From NCBI GenBank assembly GCA_025055595.1, contig JANWWU010000066.1, forward strand, positions 11,147 through 75,146: 64,000 nucleotides of DNA. Direction: 5' to 3'. Source of the stretch: Planctomycetota bacterium (GTDB lineage Bacteria > Planctomycetota > UBA11346). Below are positions 1 through 8,753 of this stretch, piece after piece (position 1 is the stretch's first letter; every line of letters begins with the position of its first letter). A program made the translations under genes and the position numbers. The notes beneath the pieces were generated by a model. The model was not told the DNA's origin and did no database searches. It saw only the letters and a program-made list of their open reading frames with translations.

Positions 1-2
1 AA

Positions 3-599
3 GCCGCCGCCGAGCTCGCCGCCCTCGACAAGCCCTGGCTGCTGGCCGAGTGCGGCTATCAGGGCCGCGAAGCCGACAACCGCGGCAACGAGCTCGACCG
101 CGAGGGCCTGCTCGTCCGCCAGCTCAGTTGGGCCGGGCTGCTGCTCGGCGGCTGCGGCAGCGGCCACAGCTGGTGGTGGGACAGCTACCTCGAGCGCCAC
201 GACCTGTGGTCGCTCTACGGTCCGCTGGTCCGGCTGGCGGCGCTGCTCGAGTGGCGCGACCGCGAGCTGGCGCCGCTGACGCCGAACGCCGACGGCGCGC
301 TGCGCCTCTACGGCTGGACCTCGCCCAGCCAGGCCCTGCTGTGGCCGGTGCATCGCTACGACACCTGGTACGAGGCGGTGGCGCGCGGCCGCCCGCGCCC
401 GGTGCCGCGCGCCCCGGTGAGCGTGGTCCTCGCCGGCTTCGCCCCGCGCGCCGCCTACCGCGTCGCGGCCTACAGCCTGCGCGACGGGCGGCGCGGGGCG
501 ACATGGACGCAGGCGGCGCGCGGCGACGGCACGCTGGAGCTCGTGATTCCGCCCGGCACCATCGACACCGTGTTCCACCTGCTGCGCGAGGGGCCGTGA
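3..599 (+). CDS. Partial CDS (5' end outside window); C-terminus of a probable GH-A clan (GH5-like) glycoside hydrolase
   Basis: Frame is open from base 3 to TGA 597-599: ...DKPWLLAECGYQG...WAGLLLGGCGSGHSWWWDSYL...; KP-x-hydrophobic-E-x-G and WWWD resemble the nucleophile strand and last strand of GH-A TIM barrels; stop overlaps the next GTG (GTGA). Confidence 0.5.
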   Translation, partial: AAAELAALDKPWLLAECGYQGREADNRGNELDREGLLVRQLSWAGLLLGGCGSGHSWWWDSYLERHDLWSLYGPLVRLAALLEWRDRELAPLTPNADGALRLYGWTSPSQALLWPVHRYDTWYEAVARGRPRPVPRAPVSVVLAGFAPRAAYRVAAYSLRDGRRGATWTQAARGDGTLELVIPPGTIDTVFHLLREGP

Positions 600-2413
600 C
601 CGTCCTCCATCCCTTCCTGCTCGCCGGCCTGGCGGCGGTGGCGGTGCCGATCCTGATCCACCTCCTGCTGCGCGAACGGCCGCGCCCGCTGCCCTGGGCC
701 GCGATGCGCTGGCTGCAGGCCGCGCAGCAGCGCGCCCTGCGGCGCTGGCGGCTGACCAACTGGCTGCTGCTCGCCCTGCGCTGCCTGGCGGTGGCCCTGC
801 TCGCCCTCGCCGTCGCCCGGCCGGCCCTGCCCGGTCTCGGCGACGGCGAACAGCTCGTGCTGATCGTCGACCGCAGCGCCTCGATGGGTCCGCTGCACGA
901 CGACCCGGGCGCCCTGGCCGAGGCCCAGGCCCGCCTGGCCCAGGCCGAGCTGCCCTATGCGCGCTGGACCCTGATCGCGGTCGGCGCTCCCGGCATCGTC
1001 GGCAGCGAAGGGACGGAGCTGCTCGCCAGCGGCAGCCCGGCGACGGTGCGCGAGGCGCTGTCCCGCCTCCGCGCCCTGCCGCTGCCCGGAGGGCTGGACG
1101 GCGCCGCGCTCGAGGCGGTCAGCGCCGCCCTCGCGCCGGGCTGCGATGTCCTGCTCGTCTCCGACTTCCGGCAAGACGAGGGACGGCGGCTGGCGGCGCA
1201 CTGCGCGCGCGTCGCGCGCCGGGTCGCGCGCTGGGCGGTCGGCGAGCCGCGGCCCAATCGCCGCTTCGCCAGCGCCCCGCTCGCTCCCGACCTGCGCGCC
1301 GGCGAGCCGGGGGAGCTGCGCCTCGCGCTCGCCGGCCCAGCCGGGCCGCTGCGCCTCGGCCTCGGCGCCGCGCCGCCGGTGCGCGTCGCCGAGCGCGCCA
1401 GCGGCGAGCTGCGCCTGCCGCTCCCGGCCCTGCCCGCCGGCCAGCACCGGCTCCAGCTGCAGCTCGATGCCGGCGGCCTGCTCTACGACGATCGCCTCGA
1501 ACTCGCGCTCTCCGTGCCGCCGCCGCTGCCGGCGCTGGTCGTCGCCGATCGCCTCGACTACGCGGCCGCCGCCGTCCTCGCCAGCGATGGCAGCGTCGAG
1601 CCGCAGCGCATCCTGCCCGGAGCCTTCCCCGGCACGCCGCTGCCGAGCGGCGGCGCCGTGATCCTGCGCGCCCCGGTGCCCGATGCCCATCGCCTGGCGA
1701 GCTGGGTGCGCGGCGGCGGGGTCCTGTGGGCGGAAGCCCGGCTGCTCGCCGCCGACCCCGCGCTCGCCGCCCTGCTCAGCCTGCGCCTCGACGGCGCGCC
1801 GCGCCCCGGCGGCCCCTACCGCAGCGGCGAGCCCGACCTCGACGAGACGCTGGCGGTCGCCAGCCGCGCGCAGGTCCCCTCGTGCAGCGTCCCGGACGCG
1901 GCCCGCGTCCTGCTCTCGGCCGGCGAAGCGCCGCTGGTCGTCGCTCTGCCGGTCGGCCTCGGCTGGCTCGCCGTCGAGCTCGTCCCGCTCGCCAGCGACG
2001 CCGACTTCATCGCCCGCCCGACCGTCCCGCTGTGGGTGCTGCGCAGCCTGCGCGCGCTGAGCGGCGCTGCCCAGCAGCCGCTGTCGCTGACAGCCGGCGC
2101 GCCGGCGCCGCGCGCTCTGCAGCTCGTCCGCGAAGGCCGCCACGCCGCGCTGCGCGCCGGCGAACCCGTCCTGCTGGCGCCCGGCACCTGGGAAGCCGAA
2201 GGGCGCCAGGCCCTGGTGCTGCCCGATCCCGAAGAAGGGCGCACCGAGGTCCGGGCCTCGCCCGAGATCAGCCGCGACCTGGCGACGGCGTTGCCGCAGC
2301 GCCCCGGCCGCGATCTCGGCTGGCCGCTGCTGCTGGCCGCGGCGCTGGTCCTCGCCGGCGAGCTGGCCCTCGCACGCTGGGCCGCGCAGCGCTACGGAGC
2401 GAGCAGTGGCTGA
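596..2413 (+). CDS. BatA-domain (N-terminal double TM) vWA membrane protein
   Basis: GTG 596 overlaps upstream TGA; VLHPFLLAGLAAVAVPILIHLL...W.AMRWL...LLLALRCLAVALLALAVARP is the BatA signature; vWA MIDAS DRSASM and VSDF; C-terminal TM helix. Confidence 0.85.
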   Translation: MTVLHPFLLAGLAAVAVPILIHLLLRERPRPLPWAAMRWLQAAQQRALRRWRLTNWLLLALRCLAVALLALAVARPALPGLGDGEQLVLIVDRSASMGPLHDDPGALAEAQARLAQAELPYARWTLIAVGAPGIVGSEGTELLASGSPATVREALSRLRALPLPGGLDGAALEAVSAALAPGCDVLLVSDFRQDEGRRLAAHCARVARRVARWAVGEPRPNRRFASAPLAPDLRAGEPGELRLALAGPAGPLRLGLGAAPPVRVAERASGELRLPLPALPAGQHRLQLQLDAGGLLYDDRLELALSVPPPLPALVVADRLDYAAAAVLASDGSVEPQRILPGAFPGTPLPSGGAVILRAPVPDAHRLASWVRGGGVLWAEARLLAADPALAALLSLRLDGAPRPGGPYRSGEPDLDETLAVASRAQVPSCSVPDAARVLLSAGEAPLVVALPVGLGWLAVELVPLASDADFIARPTVPLWVLRSLRALSGAAQQPLSLTAGAPAPRALQLVREGRHAALRAGEPVLLAPGTWEAEGRQALVLPDPEEGRTEVRASPEISRDLATALPQRPGRDLGWPLLLAAALVLAGELALARWAAQRYGASSG

Positions 2414-4550
2414 ATCCGAAGTGACGCTGGTGTTCGCGGCGCTCGACGAGCCCTGGCAGGGGCTCCTGCTCGTCGCCGGCGCGCTCGCCGCCGCGCTCGC
2501 CGCCTGGCGTTGGTACGGGCCAGCCCCGCCCGGGGCGTGGGGCGCGGCGGCGCGCGGCTGCCGCGCCCTGGCCTGCGCCCTGCTCGTCCTGCTGCTCGGC
2601 CAGCCGAGCGCGCAGTGGACGACGATCGCCAGCAGCCCCGGCGGCGTGCTGCTGGCGATCGACACCAGCGCCTCGATGGGGCGCGCCGACGCGACCGGCG
2701 GTGCGACGCGGATCGCGATCGCCGAGCAGCTGCGCCAGCAGCTGCTGGCCGAGGCCGAGGCGCGGCGCATGCGCCTCGCCGTCCACGCGCTCGACGCCGC
2801 CGGCAGCCCGCTGAGCGAGCCGCCGCGCGCGCACGAGCCATCGAGCCCGCTCGGCGACGCCGTCGTCGCCCTCGTCGAGCAGCGCCGGCCCGAGGTCCTG
2901 ATCATCGCCAGCGACGGGCGGGTCACCAGCGGCTCCTCGCTCGCCGCCGCCGGCGAGCGCCTGCGCGGCCGCGAGCTGCGCGTGTTCGCGCTGGCCCTCG
3001 GCAGCCAGCGCCTCGACCCCGAGCTGTTCATCGACGAAGTGCTGGTCAACCGCGAGGCCGCGCTCGACGAGCTCGAGCCGGTGACGGTGCGGCTGTCGGC
3101 GCGCGCCCTGCCGCCGGAGCCGCTGGTCGTCGAGCTCGCGGTCGACGACGAGACGGTGGACCGCGTCGCCCTCGAACCGCCGGCCGAGCGCGAGCAGCTG
3201 CAGGCCTTGACCGCGCGCCTCGCCGCCACCCTGCGCCGGCGCGGGCCGGCGCAGCTCGCGGTCCGCGCGCGCTGCGGTCAGCTCGAGCGCCAGCAGCGCC
3301 TGCAGGTGACGGTCAGCGAACGGCGGCTGACGGCGCTGCTGCTCGAGCGCGAGCCGCGCTACGAGCTGCGCTACCTGCGCGAGGCGCTCAAGCGCGACAG
3401 CGGGGCGACGGTGCACGCCTACCTCGCCGATCCCCGCTGGCGACGCTGGGGCGGCGAGGGTCCCGAGCGCCTGCCGCTGACCGCGGGCGAGCTCGCCCCT
3501 TACGATGCGATCATCCTCGGCGATCTCGGCGCCGAGGCCTTCCGCAGCAGCGACCTGGCGGCGCTCGCTGCCCATGTGCGGACGACCGGCGCCGGCCTGA
3601 TTCTGATTCCCGGCGAGAGCGGGGCCGCCGCCAGCCTCGCCCACAGCCCGCTCGCCGAGCTGCTGCCGGCCGAGCTCGGCGACAGCGCGCAGCTGGCCCG
3701 CGGCTACCGCGAGCAGCGCCCGCGCCGCCTGCAGCGGACGGCGCTCGCCGCATCGCTCGGCGTCCTCGACAGCGGCGGCCAGCCCTGGGAGCAGCTCGCC
3801 CCCCTGCTCGGCGCCGCCGCCCTGCAGCCGCGGCCCGGCAGCGAGGTGCTGGCCACCGATCAGGACGGCGCGGCGCTGGTCGTCGCACGCAGCGCCGGCG
3901 CCGGCCGCGTCGTGCTGATCGGCGTCGACGACTGCTGGCGCTGGCGGCGCGGCGTCGGCGACCGCTACCTGCACCGCTTCCACAGCCAGCTGCTGCGCTT
4001 CGCCGCCGCCGCGCGGCGGCCCGGCAGCGAGCCCTGGCGGATCACGGTCAGCCCGCGCCGCGCCGCCGTCGGGGAGCCGGTGGTCGTCGATGTCCAGCCC
4101 GCCCCGGGCCTCGAGCTGGAGGCGCCCGAGGAGCTGACCCTGCGCCTCAGCGGGCCCGACGACGCGAGCCTGGTCGTGCCCGCGCAGCGGCGCGGCCGCG
4201 GCTACAGCGCCCGCCTCGCCGCCCCCGCCCCGGGAACCTGGAAGATCTCCCCCGCCTCCGGGCTGCCGAGCGCGCGCGTCGAGAGCGGCGAGCTGACCGT
4301 GCTGGCCAGCGACGACGAGCGCCGCGACCCGCGCGCCGACCCCGAGGCCCTGCGCGCCTTCGCTGCCGCCCTCGGCGGCCAGGTGTTCACCGATCCCGCG
4401 GCCCTGCTCGCCGCCTTGCCGCGCGATCTCGCGCAGAGCAGCGCCGTCGTCAGCCAGCAGGGGCTGTGGGACACGGCCTGGGCCTTCCTGCTGCTTCTCG
4501 CCCTGCTCGCCGCCGAGTGGACGATCCGCCGCCGCCAGCGCCTGCCCTAG
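2406..4550 (+). CDS. Membrane protein with vWA and class-I glutamine amidotransferase-like domains (typical BatA partner)
   Basis: Two N-terminal TMs, DTSASM/SDG vWA motifs, PRYELRYLREAL, YDAIILGD, GRV...WRWR, C-terminal LLAAEWTIRRR anchor. Confidence 0.8.
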   Translation: MAESEVTLVFAALDEPWQGLLLVAGALAAALAAWRWYGPAPPGAWGAAARGCRALACALLVLLLGQPSAQWTTIASSPGGVLLAIDTSASMGRADATGGATRIAIAEQLRQQLLAEAEARRMRLAVHALDAAGSPLSEPPRAHEPSSPLGDAVVALVEQRRPEVLIIASDGRVTSGSSLAAAGERLRGRELRVFALALGSQRLDPELFIDEVLVNREAALDELEPVTVRLSARALPPEPLVVELAVDDETVDRVALEPPAEREQLQALTARLAATLRRRGPAQLAVRARCGQLERQQRLQVTVSERRLTALLLEREPRYELRYLREALKRDSGATVHAYLADPRWRRWGGEGPERLPLTAGELAPYDAIILGDLGAEAFRSSDLAALAAHVRTTGAGLILIPGESGAAASLAHSPLAELLPAELGDSAQLARGYREQRPRRLQRTALAASLGVLDSGGQPWEQLAPLLGAAALQPRPGSEVLATDQDGAALVVARSAGAGRVVLIGVDDCWRWRRGVGDRYLHRFHSQLLRFAAAARRPGSEPWRITVSPRRAAVGEPVVVDVQPAPGLELEAPEELTLRLSGPDDASLVVPAQRRGRGYSARLAAPAPGTWKISPASGLPSARVESGELTVLASDDERRDPRADPEALRAFAAALGGQVFTDPAALLAALPRDLAQSSAVVSQQGLWDTAWAFLLLLALLAAEWTIRRRQRLP

Positions 4551-4579
4551 CCGGCGGCTGGCGATGGGCCGTCACTGGC

Positions 4580-4585
4580 TACGCT
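4580..4585 (+). promoter_or_regulatory. -10-like hexamer TACGCT, 6 nt upstream of fabV ATG (putative leaderless promoter)
   Basis: TACGCT-agggcc-ATG; same geometry at many other genes. Confidence 0.6.
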
Positions 4586-4591
4586 AGGGCC

Positions 4592-5782
4592 ATGCCCGCC
4601 GTCGTCATCAATCCCCGCATCCGCGGCTTCATCTGCACCACCGCCCACCCCGCCGGCTGCGCCGCCGAGACCGCCTCCCTGATCGAGCTGGCGCGCCGCA
4701 GCGGCCCGGGTCGGGGCCTCGGCTGCGCGCTGGTCGTCGGCGCGAGCATGGGCTACGGCCTGGCCTCGCTCGCCACCGCGATGTTCGGCTACGGAGCCGA
4801 CGCCGTCGCGGTGTGCCTGGAGCGCGCGGCCAGCGGCGACAAGCCGGGCAGCGCCGGCTTCTACAACCTCGCCGAGGTGCAGCGCCAGGCGCGCGCCGCC
4901 GGCCGGCGCCTGACAGTGATCAATGCCGACGCCTTCGCCCATGCGACGCGCGCCGAGGCGATCGCCGCCCTGCGCCGCCTCGGCCGCCCGCTCGACCTCG
5001 TCGTCTACTCGCTGGCCAGCCCGCGCCGCAAGGACCCCGATGGCGACGCCGTGTGGACGAGCGTCCTCAAGCCGCTCGGCCAGCCCTACACCGCGAAGAC
5101 GATCGACCTCGACAACGACCAGGTCAAGGAGATCACCCTCGCGCCGGCGAGCGAGGCCGAGCGGCAGGCGACGATCAAGGTGATGGGCGGCGAGGACTGG
5201 GAGCTGTGGATCGCCGCCCTCGAGCAGGCCGGGCTGCTCGCTCAGGGCTGCCGCAGCGTCACCTACAGCTACATCGGGCCGGCGATCACCCACCCAATCT
5301 ACCGCGCCGGCACGATCGGCGCCGCCAAGGAGCACCTCGAAGCGACGGCGCGCCGCCTGCATGCGCGCCTGGCAGCGCGCGGCGGCGGCGCCTGGGTCAG
5401 CGTCAACAAGGCCCTGGTCACCCAGGCCTCGAGCGCGATCCCGGTCGTCCCGCTCTACATCAGCCTGCTGTTCGCGGTGATGAAGGAGCGCGGCACGCAC
5501 GAGGACACCGGCGAGCAGATCGTCCGCCTGTTCCGTGATCACCTGGCGCCCGGCCGCCAGCCGGCGCTCGATGCCGAGCAGCGCATCCGCATCGACGACC
5601 GCGAGATGGATCCGGCGGTGCAGGAGGAGGTCGCGCGGCGCTGGCAGCTGGTCAGCAGCGAGAACCTCCGCCAGCTCAGCGACTACGAGGGCTTCAAGAC
5701 CGCCTTCCGCCGCCTCTTCGGCTTCGCCGTCCCGGGCATCGACTACAGCGCGCCGGTCGAGGTCGCGGCCAGCCTCGACTAG
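4592..5782 (+). CDS. fabV: Enoyl-ACP reductase FabV / trans-2-enoyl-CoA reductase
   Basis: PRIRGFICTTAHPAGC, GASMGYGLAS, YSLAS, VMGGEDW, YSYIG, Y..GTIGAAK, LVTQASSAIP, FGF.V.GIDY. Confidence 0.93.
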   Translation: MPAVVINPRIRGFICTTAHPAGCAAETASLIELARRSGPGRGLGCALVVGASMGYGLASLATAMFGYGADAVAVCLERAASGDKPGSAGFYNLAEVQRQARAAGRRLTVINADAFAHATRAEAIAALRRLGRPLDLVVYSLASPRRKDPDGDAVWTSVLKPLGQPYTAKTIDLDNDQVKEITLAPASEAERQATIKVMGGEDWELWIAALEQAGLLAQGCRSVTYSYIGPAITHPIYRAGTIGAAKEHLEATARRLHARLAARGGGAWVSVNKALVTQASSAIPVVPLYISLLFAVMKERGTHEDTGEQIVRLFRDHLAPGRQPALDAEQRIRIDDREMDPAVQEEVARRWQLVSSENLRQLSDYEGFKTAFRRLFGFAVPGIDYSAPVEVAASLD

Positions 5783-6105
5783 GGGCGCGGGTACAGGTAG
5801 GCGACGATGACGAAGGGCCGGCCGTCGATCTGCACCACCTGCCAGGAGTGGATGACGAAGGGCGTGACGCGCGTCGTGTTGCGCGTCGGCGAATAGCGCA
5901 GCGCGAGGTTCGCGGTGTCGACGATGCGCCCCGCGCTCAGCGGGAAGGCCTCGATGCAGCACTCCCACTTCGCGGCCTCGGCGATCGGCAGCGGCTCGAG
6001 GAGCTGGACGACCGCCGGCTCCGGCGGCGCAAGCGGCGCTTCGCCACCGCCCAACGCCGCGAGCGCGGCCGCCAGCGCTGCTGCACGGATGCCGCCGGTT
6101 TTCAT
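5779..6105 (-). CDS. Hypothetical small exported protein
   Basis: 108 aa with Ala-rich signal-like N-terminus; stop overlaps fabV stop by 4 nt; no family recognised. Confidence 0.55.
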   Translation of the reverse strand: MKTGGIRAAALAAALAALGGGEAPLAPPEPAVVQLLEPLPIAEAAKWECCIEAFPLSAGRIVDTANLALRYSPTRNTTRVTPFVIHSWQVVQIDGRPFVIVAYLYPRP

Positions 6106-6153
6106 CGCGCTTCTTGCGCAGTATCGCCTGGGCCGCCGGCGCGCAAGGCGCGG

Positions 6154-6777
6154 CTAGCCGGCGCGCGGCCAAGGCCGTGGCGGCGGCGCCTCGGCGAGCA
6201 AGCGCGCGTACTCCGCGTCGCTGACCTCGTAGGCCCCGAAGCGCGCCATATGCGCGCTCTGCTGCTGGCAGTCGAGCACGGAGTAGCCGAGGTCCTGGAG
6301 CAGGGCGACGAGGTGCACGACGCAGGCCTTGGCGGCGTCGTCGACGCGGTGGAACATGCTCTCGCCGCTGAAGCAGCCGCCGACCGCCAGGCCGTAGAGG
6401 CCGCCGACCAGCTTCCCGTCCCCGTCCCAGGCTTCGACCGAGTGCGCGTGCCCGCGCCGGTGCAGCTCGCAGTAGAGGGCCTCGATGTCGCGGCCGATCC
6501 AGGTGTCGGGACGCTCGGCGCAGGCCGCGATCACCGCGGCGAAATCGCGGTCGACCGTCAGGCGGAAGGGCCGGCGGTTGCGCAGGACCTTGGCCAGGCT
6601 GCGCGGGACGCGGTAACGGTCCCAGGTGATGATCGCGCGCCGCAGCGGGCGGTACCAGGCGATCGGCGCCGCGCGGTGCTCGCACATCGGGAAGCAGCGC
6701 AGGCGATAGGCGGCGAGCACGGTGTCCGGCGTCACCGGATAGCCGTCGAGGTCGCGGATGTCGGCCGGCTCAGCCAT
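6154..6777 (-). CDS. aat: Leucyl/phenylalanyl-tRNA--protein transferase
   Basis: VLAAY...FPM, PRSL.K, DFAAVI.AC, TWI, GHAHSVEAW, LVGGLYG, F.GESMFH, D.Q...H..FGA. Confidence 0.93.
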   Translation of the reverse strand: MAEPADIRDLDGYPVTPDTVLAAYRLRCFPMCEHRAAPIAWYRPLRRAIITWDRYRVPRSLAKVLRNRRPFRLTVDRDFAAVIAACAERPDTWIGRDIEALYCELHRRGHAHSVEAWDGDGKLVGGLYGLAVGGCFSGESMFHRVDDAAKACVVHLVALLQDLGYSVLDCQQQSAHMARFGAYEVSDAEYARLLAEAPPPRPWPRAG

Positions 6778-7396
6778 CGAGGACCGCGAGCAGCTCGGCG
6801 GGGCTGGCGACGACCGCGGTCGCCGGGGCCTCCCCGCGCTGGCCGAAGCCCCAGGCGCAGAACGCCGCGCGCAGGCCGGCGGCCTGCGCCGCCCACAGGT
6901 CGGTGTGGTGATCGCCGATCATCCAGCTCTGCGCGCGTTCCGCCGCGCAGGCCGCGAGCAGCTCCTCGAGCATCGCCGGATCCGGCTTCTTCGTGGCGTC
7001 GCCGCCGCGCAGCGCATCGCAGGGCAGGCCGAGCCGCTCGATGATCGGCGCCGCGAAGGCCAGCGGCTTGTTGGTGGCGACGGCGAGGCGCCAGCCGCGC
7101 GCGCGCAGGGCCTGCAGCGCCTCGGGGATCCCGGGATAGGGGCGGGTGTGGGCAGTCAGCCGCGTCGCGTAGTCGGCGCGGAAGGCGGCCATCGCTCGCG
7201 CCCGCTGCTCGGCGCTGCAGCCCGGGGTCAGGCGCTCGATCAGCTTGCCGGCCCCGTCGCCGATCATGCCGACGATGCGCTCGAGCGGCAGCGGCGGCAG
7301 GCCGAGCGCGGCGCGCGCCGCGTTCCCGGCGTCGGCGAGGTCGCGCCGGCTGTCGACCAGTGTGCCGTCGAGATCGAAGATCGCCAGGCGATTCAT
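6770..7396 (-). CDS. gph: HAD hydrolase, phosphoglycolate phosphatase-like
   Basis: Start MNRLAIFDLDGTLVDS; ATNK, KKPDP, MIGD...D HAD motifs I-IV. Confidence 0.85.
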   Translation of the reverse strand: MNRLAIFDLDGTLVDSRRDLADAGNAARAALGLPPLPLERIVGMIGDGAGKLIERLTPGCSAEQRARAMAAFRADYATRLTAHTRPYPGIPEALQALRARGWRLAVATNKPLAFAAPIIERLGLPCDALRGGDATKKPDPAMLEELLAACAAERAQSWMIGDHHTDLWAAQAAGLRAAFCAWGFGQRGEAPATAVVASPAELLAVLDG

Positions 7397-8322
7397 CGAG
7401 CGGGCCAGGGATCGCCCCAGCGGCAGCGGCGCGCCGCCGGCCACGCGGGGTCGCGGGGGTAGACGGTGCGCTGCTGCGCGCCCTGTCCATCGCAAACCAG
7501 CACGCTGATCCCGCCGCCGCGGCGCGCCGGCGGCGCGAGCACGCGGCCGGCCGCGAGCGGCGCCCCCTGGCGGCGCGCCAGCAGCCAGGCGAATCGCTCT
7601 TCCTCCCACCCGAGCAGCGCCCCGCCCTTGAGGTGGCGCTGACGACGATGGCGCGGCAGGCGCACCGCGAAGTGGCACCAGCCCCAACCGGCGGTCGGCA
7701 GCGGGCAGGGCCCCTCGTGCGGGCAGGGCGCCACCAGGCGCGCACCGAGCGCGAGCAGCTGGCAGCGCGCGGCCTGCACCACGGCGGCCCCGGCCGGGGT
7801 CCCGGGCTCGACGAGCAGCAGGCCATCGCCCGCGCGCTCCCAAGCCCAGGCGAGCGCCGCGGCGCGCGCCGCGCTCGGCAGCTCGCCGAGGCTGTAGGCG
7901 AAGAGCACGCCATCGTGTACCGGCAGCGCGGACGGCGGCTGCCGCAGGTCGGCCTCCAGCCAGCGCGCCTCCGGCGCCAGCCGCGCGCCGAGCGCGCGCA
8001 GCGCCGGCGAGCGCTCCACGGCGGTGCAGAGTTCAAGCTGCGGGCAGCGCCAGCGCGCCGCCCACCAGCCGGCGCCGCAGCCGGCGCCGAGGTCGAGCAG
8101 ACTGCGCCAGGGCGGGGGGCCGGCGCGGCGCAGGGCCTCGGCGATCGCCGCCACCGTCGCCGGCATCCGCGCCCAGGCGTAGGCCAAGGCGCTCGCCGCC
8201 TCGTCGATCTCGGCCCGGCCCTGGGCGCGATAGGCCGCCTGCAGGCGCTGCCAGGCGCTGGCGGCCTCCGCGGCCGAGGGCAGGGCGTCGAGCGCCGCCC
8301 ACAGCTCCGGCGGCAGGGTCAT
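7393..8322 (-). CDS. Rsm22/METTL17-family SAM-dependent methyltransferase
   Basis: AY..ARMPAT, LLDLGAGCG, YSLGEL, LVEPGTPAG, APCPHEGPCPL...WCHF; ATG at 8322 overlaps upstream stop. Confidence 0.85.
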   Translation of the reverse strand: MTLPPELWAALDALPSAAEAASAWQRLQAAYRAQGRAEIDEAASALAYAWARMPATVAAIAEALRRAGPPPWRSLLDLGAGCGAGWWAARWRCPQLELCTAVERSPALRALGARLAPEARWLEADLRQPPSALPVHDGVLFAYSLGELPSAARAAALAWAWERAGDGLLLVEPGTPAGAAVVQAARCQLLALGARLVAPCPHEGPCPLPTAGWGWCHFAVRLPRHRRQRHLKGGALLGWEEERFAWLLARRQGAPLAAGRVLAPPARRGGGISVLVCDGQGAQQRTVYPRDPAWPAARRCRWGDPWPAR

Positions 8323-8753
8323 GCGCGCTGCACCGGCCCCGGCTGGCGCTGCCGCGCCAGGGCGAGGGTCCCGCCGTCGAGCAGCCACAGCGCCGCGCCC
8401 TCGCGGCTCTCGTCGGCGCCGAGCAGACCGCGCGGCAGGTCGTCGAGCGCCAGCTCCGCGTCGTCCAGCCGCTCGAGCGGCAGCTGCCAGCCTTGCCAGG
8501 TGGCGACGGCGAAGAGATCGGTGAGCAGGGCATCGAGGCCCGCGCGGTCGCGGCGGGCGACGCTGGCGAGATCGCCGGCCTCCAGCTCGCCGGCCAGGCG
8601 CAGGCAGCGGCGCAGGTGCTCGGCGAGGCCGCGCTCGGCGAGCCAGACCAGCTCGCGCTCGACCAGCGCGCGGTAGCGCGCCAGCAGCGGCGGCGCGGTC
8701 AGCGCCGCGACCAGGCTCGGCGGATCGACGCGGTAGCGCTCGCAGCGGTTCAC
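8319..8753 (-). CDS. Hypothetical protein (144 aa)
   Basis: GTG 8753 overlaps upstream TGA and its own TGA overlaps the next ATG; globular-looking composition; no family recognised. Confidence 0.65.
   Translation of the reverse strand: MNRCERYRVDPPSLVAALTAPPLLARYRALVERELVWLAERGLAEHLRRCLRLAGELEAGDLASVARRDRAGLDALLTDLFAVATWQGWQLPLERLDDAELALDDLPRGLLGADESREGAALWLLDGGTLALARQRQPGPVQRA

Noticed and set aside
2510..5782. Apparent giant fusion ORFs in the track (2510-5782, 15068-18130, 31106-36052, 50703-56510, 57903-61028)
   Set aside because: Arg/Ala/Pro-rich N-terminal extensions overlap real genes in other frames; true starts are internal (4592, 16685, 35315, 51675, 59252).
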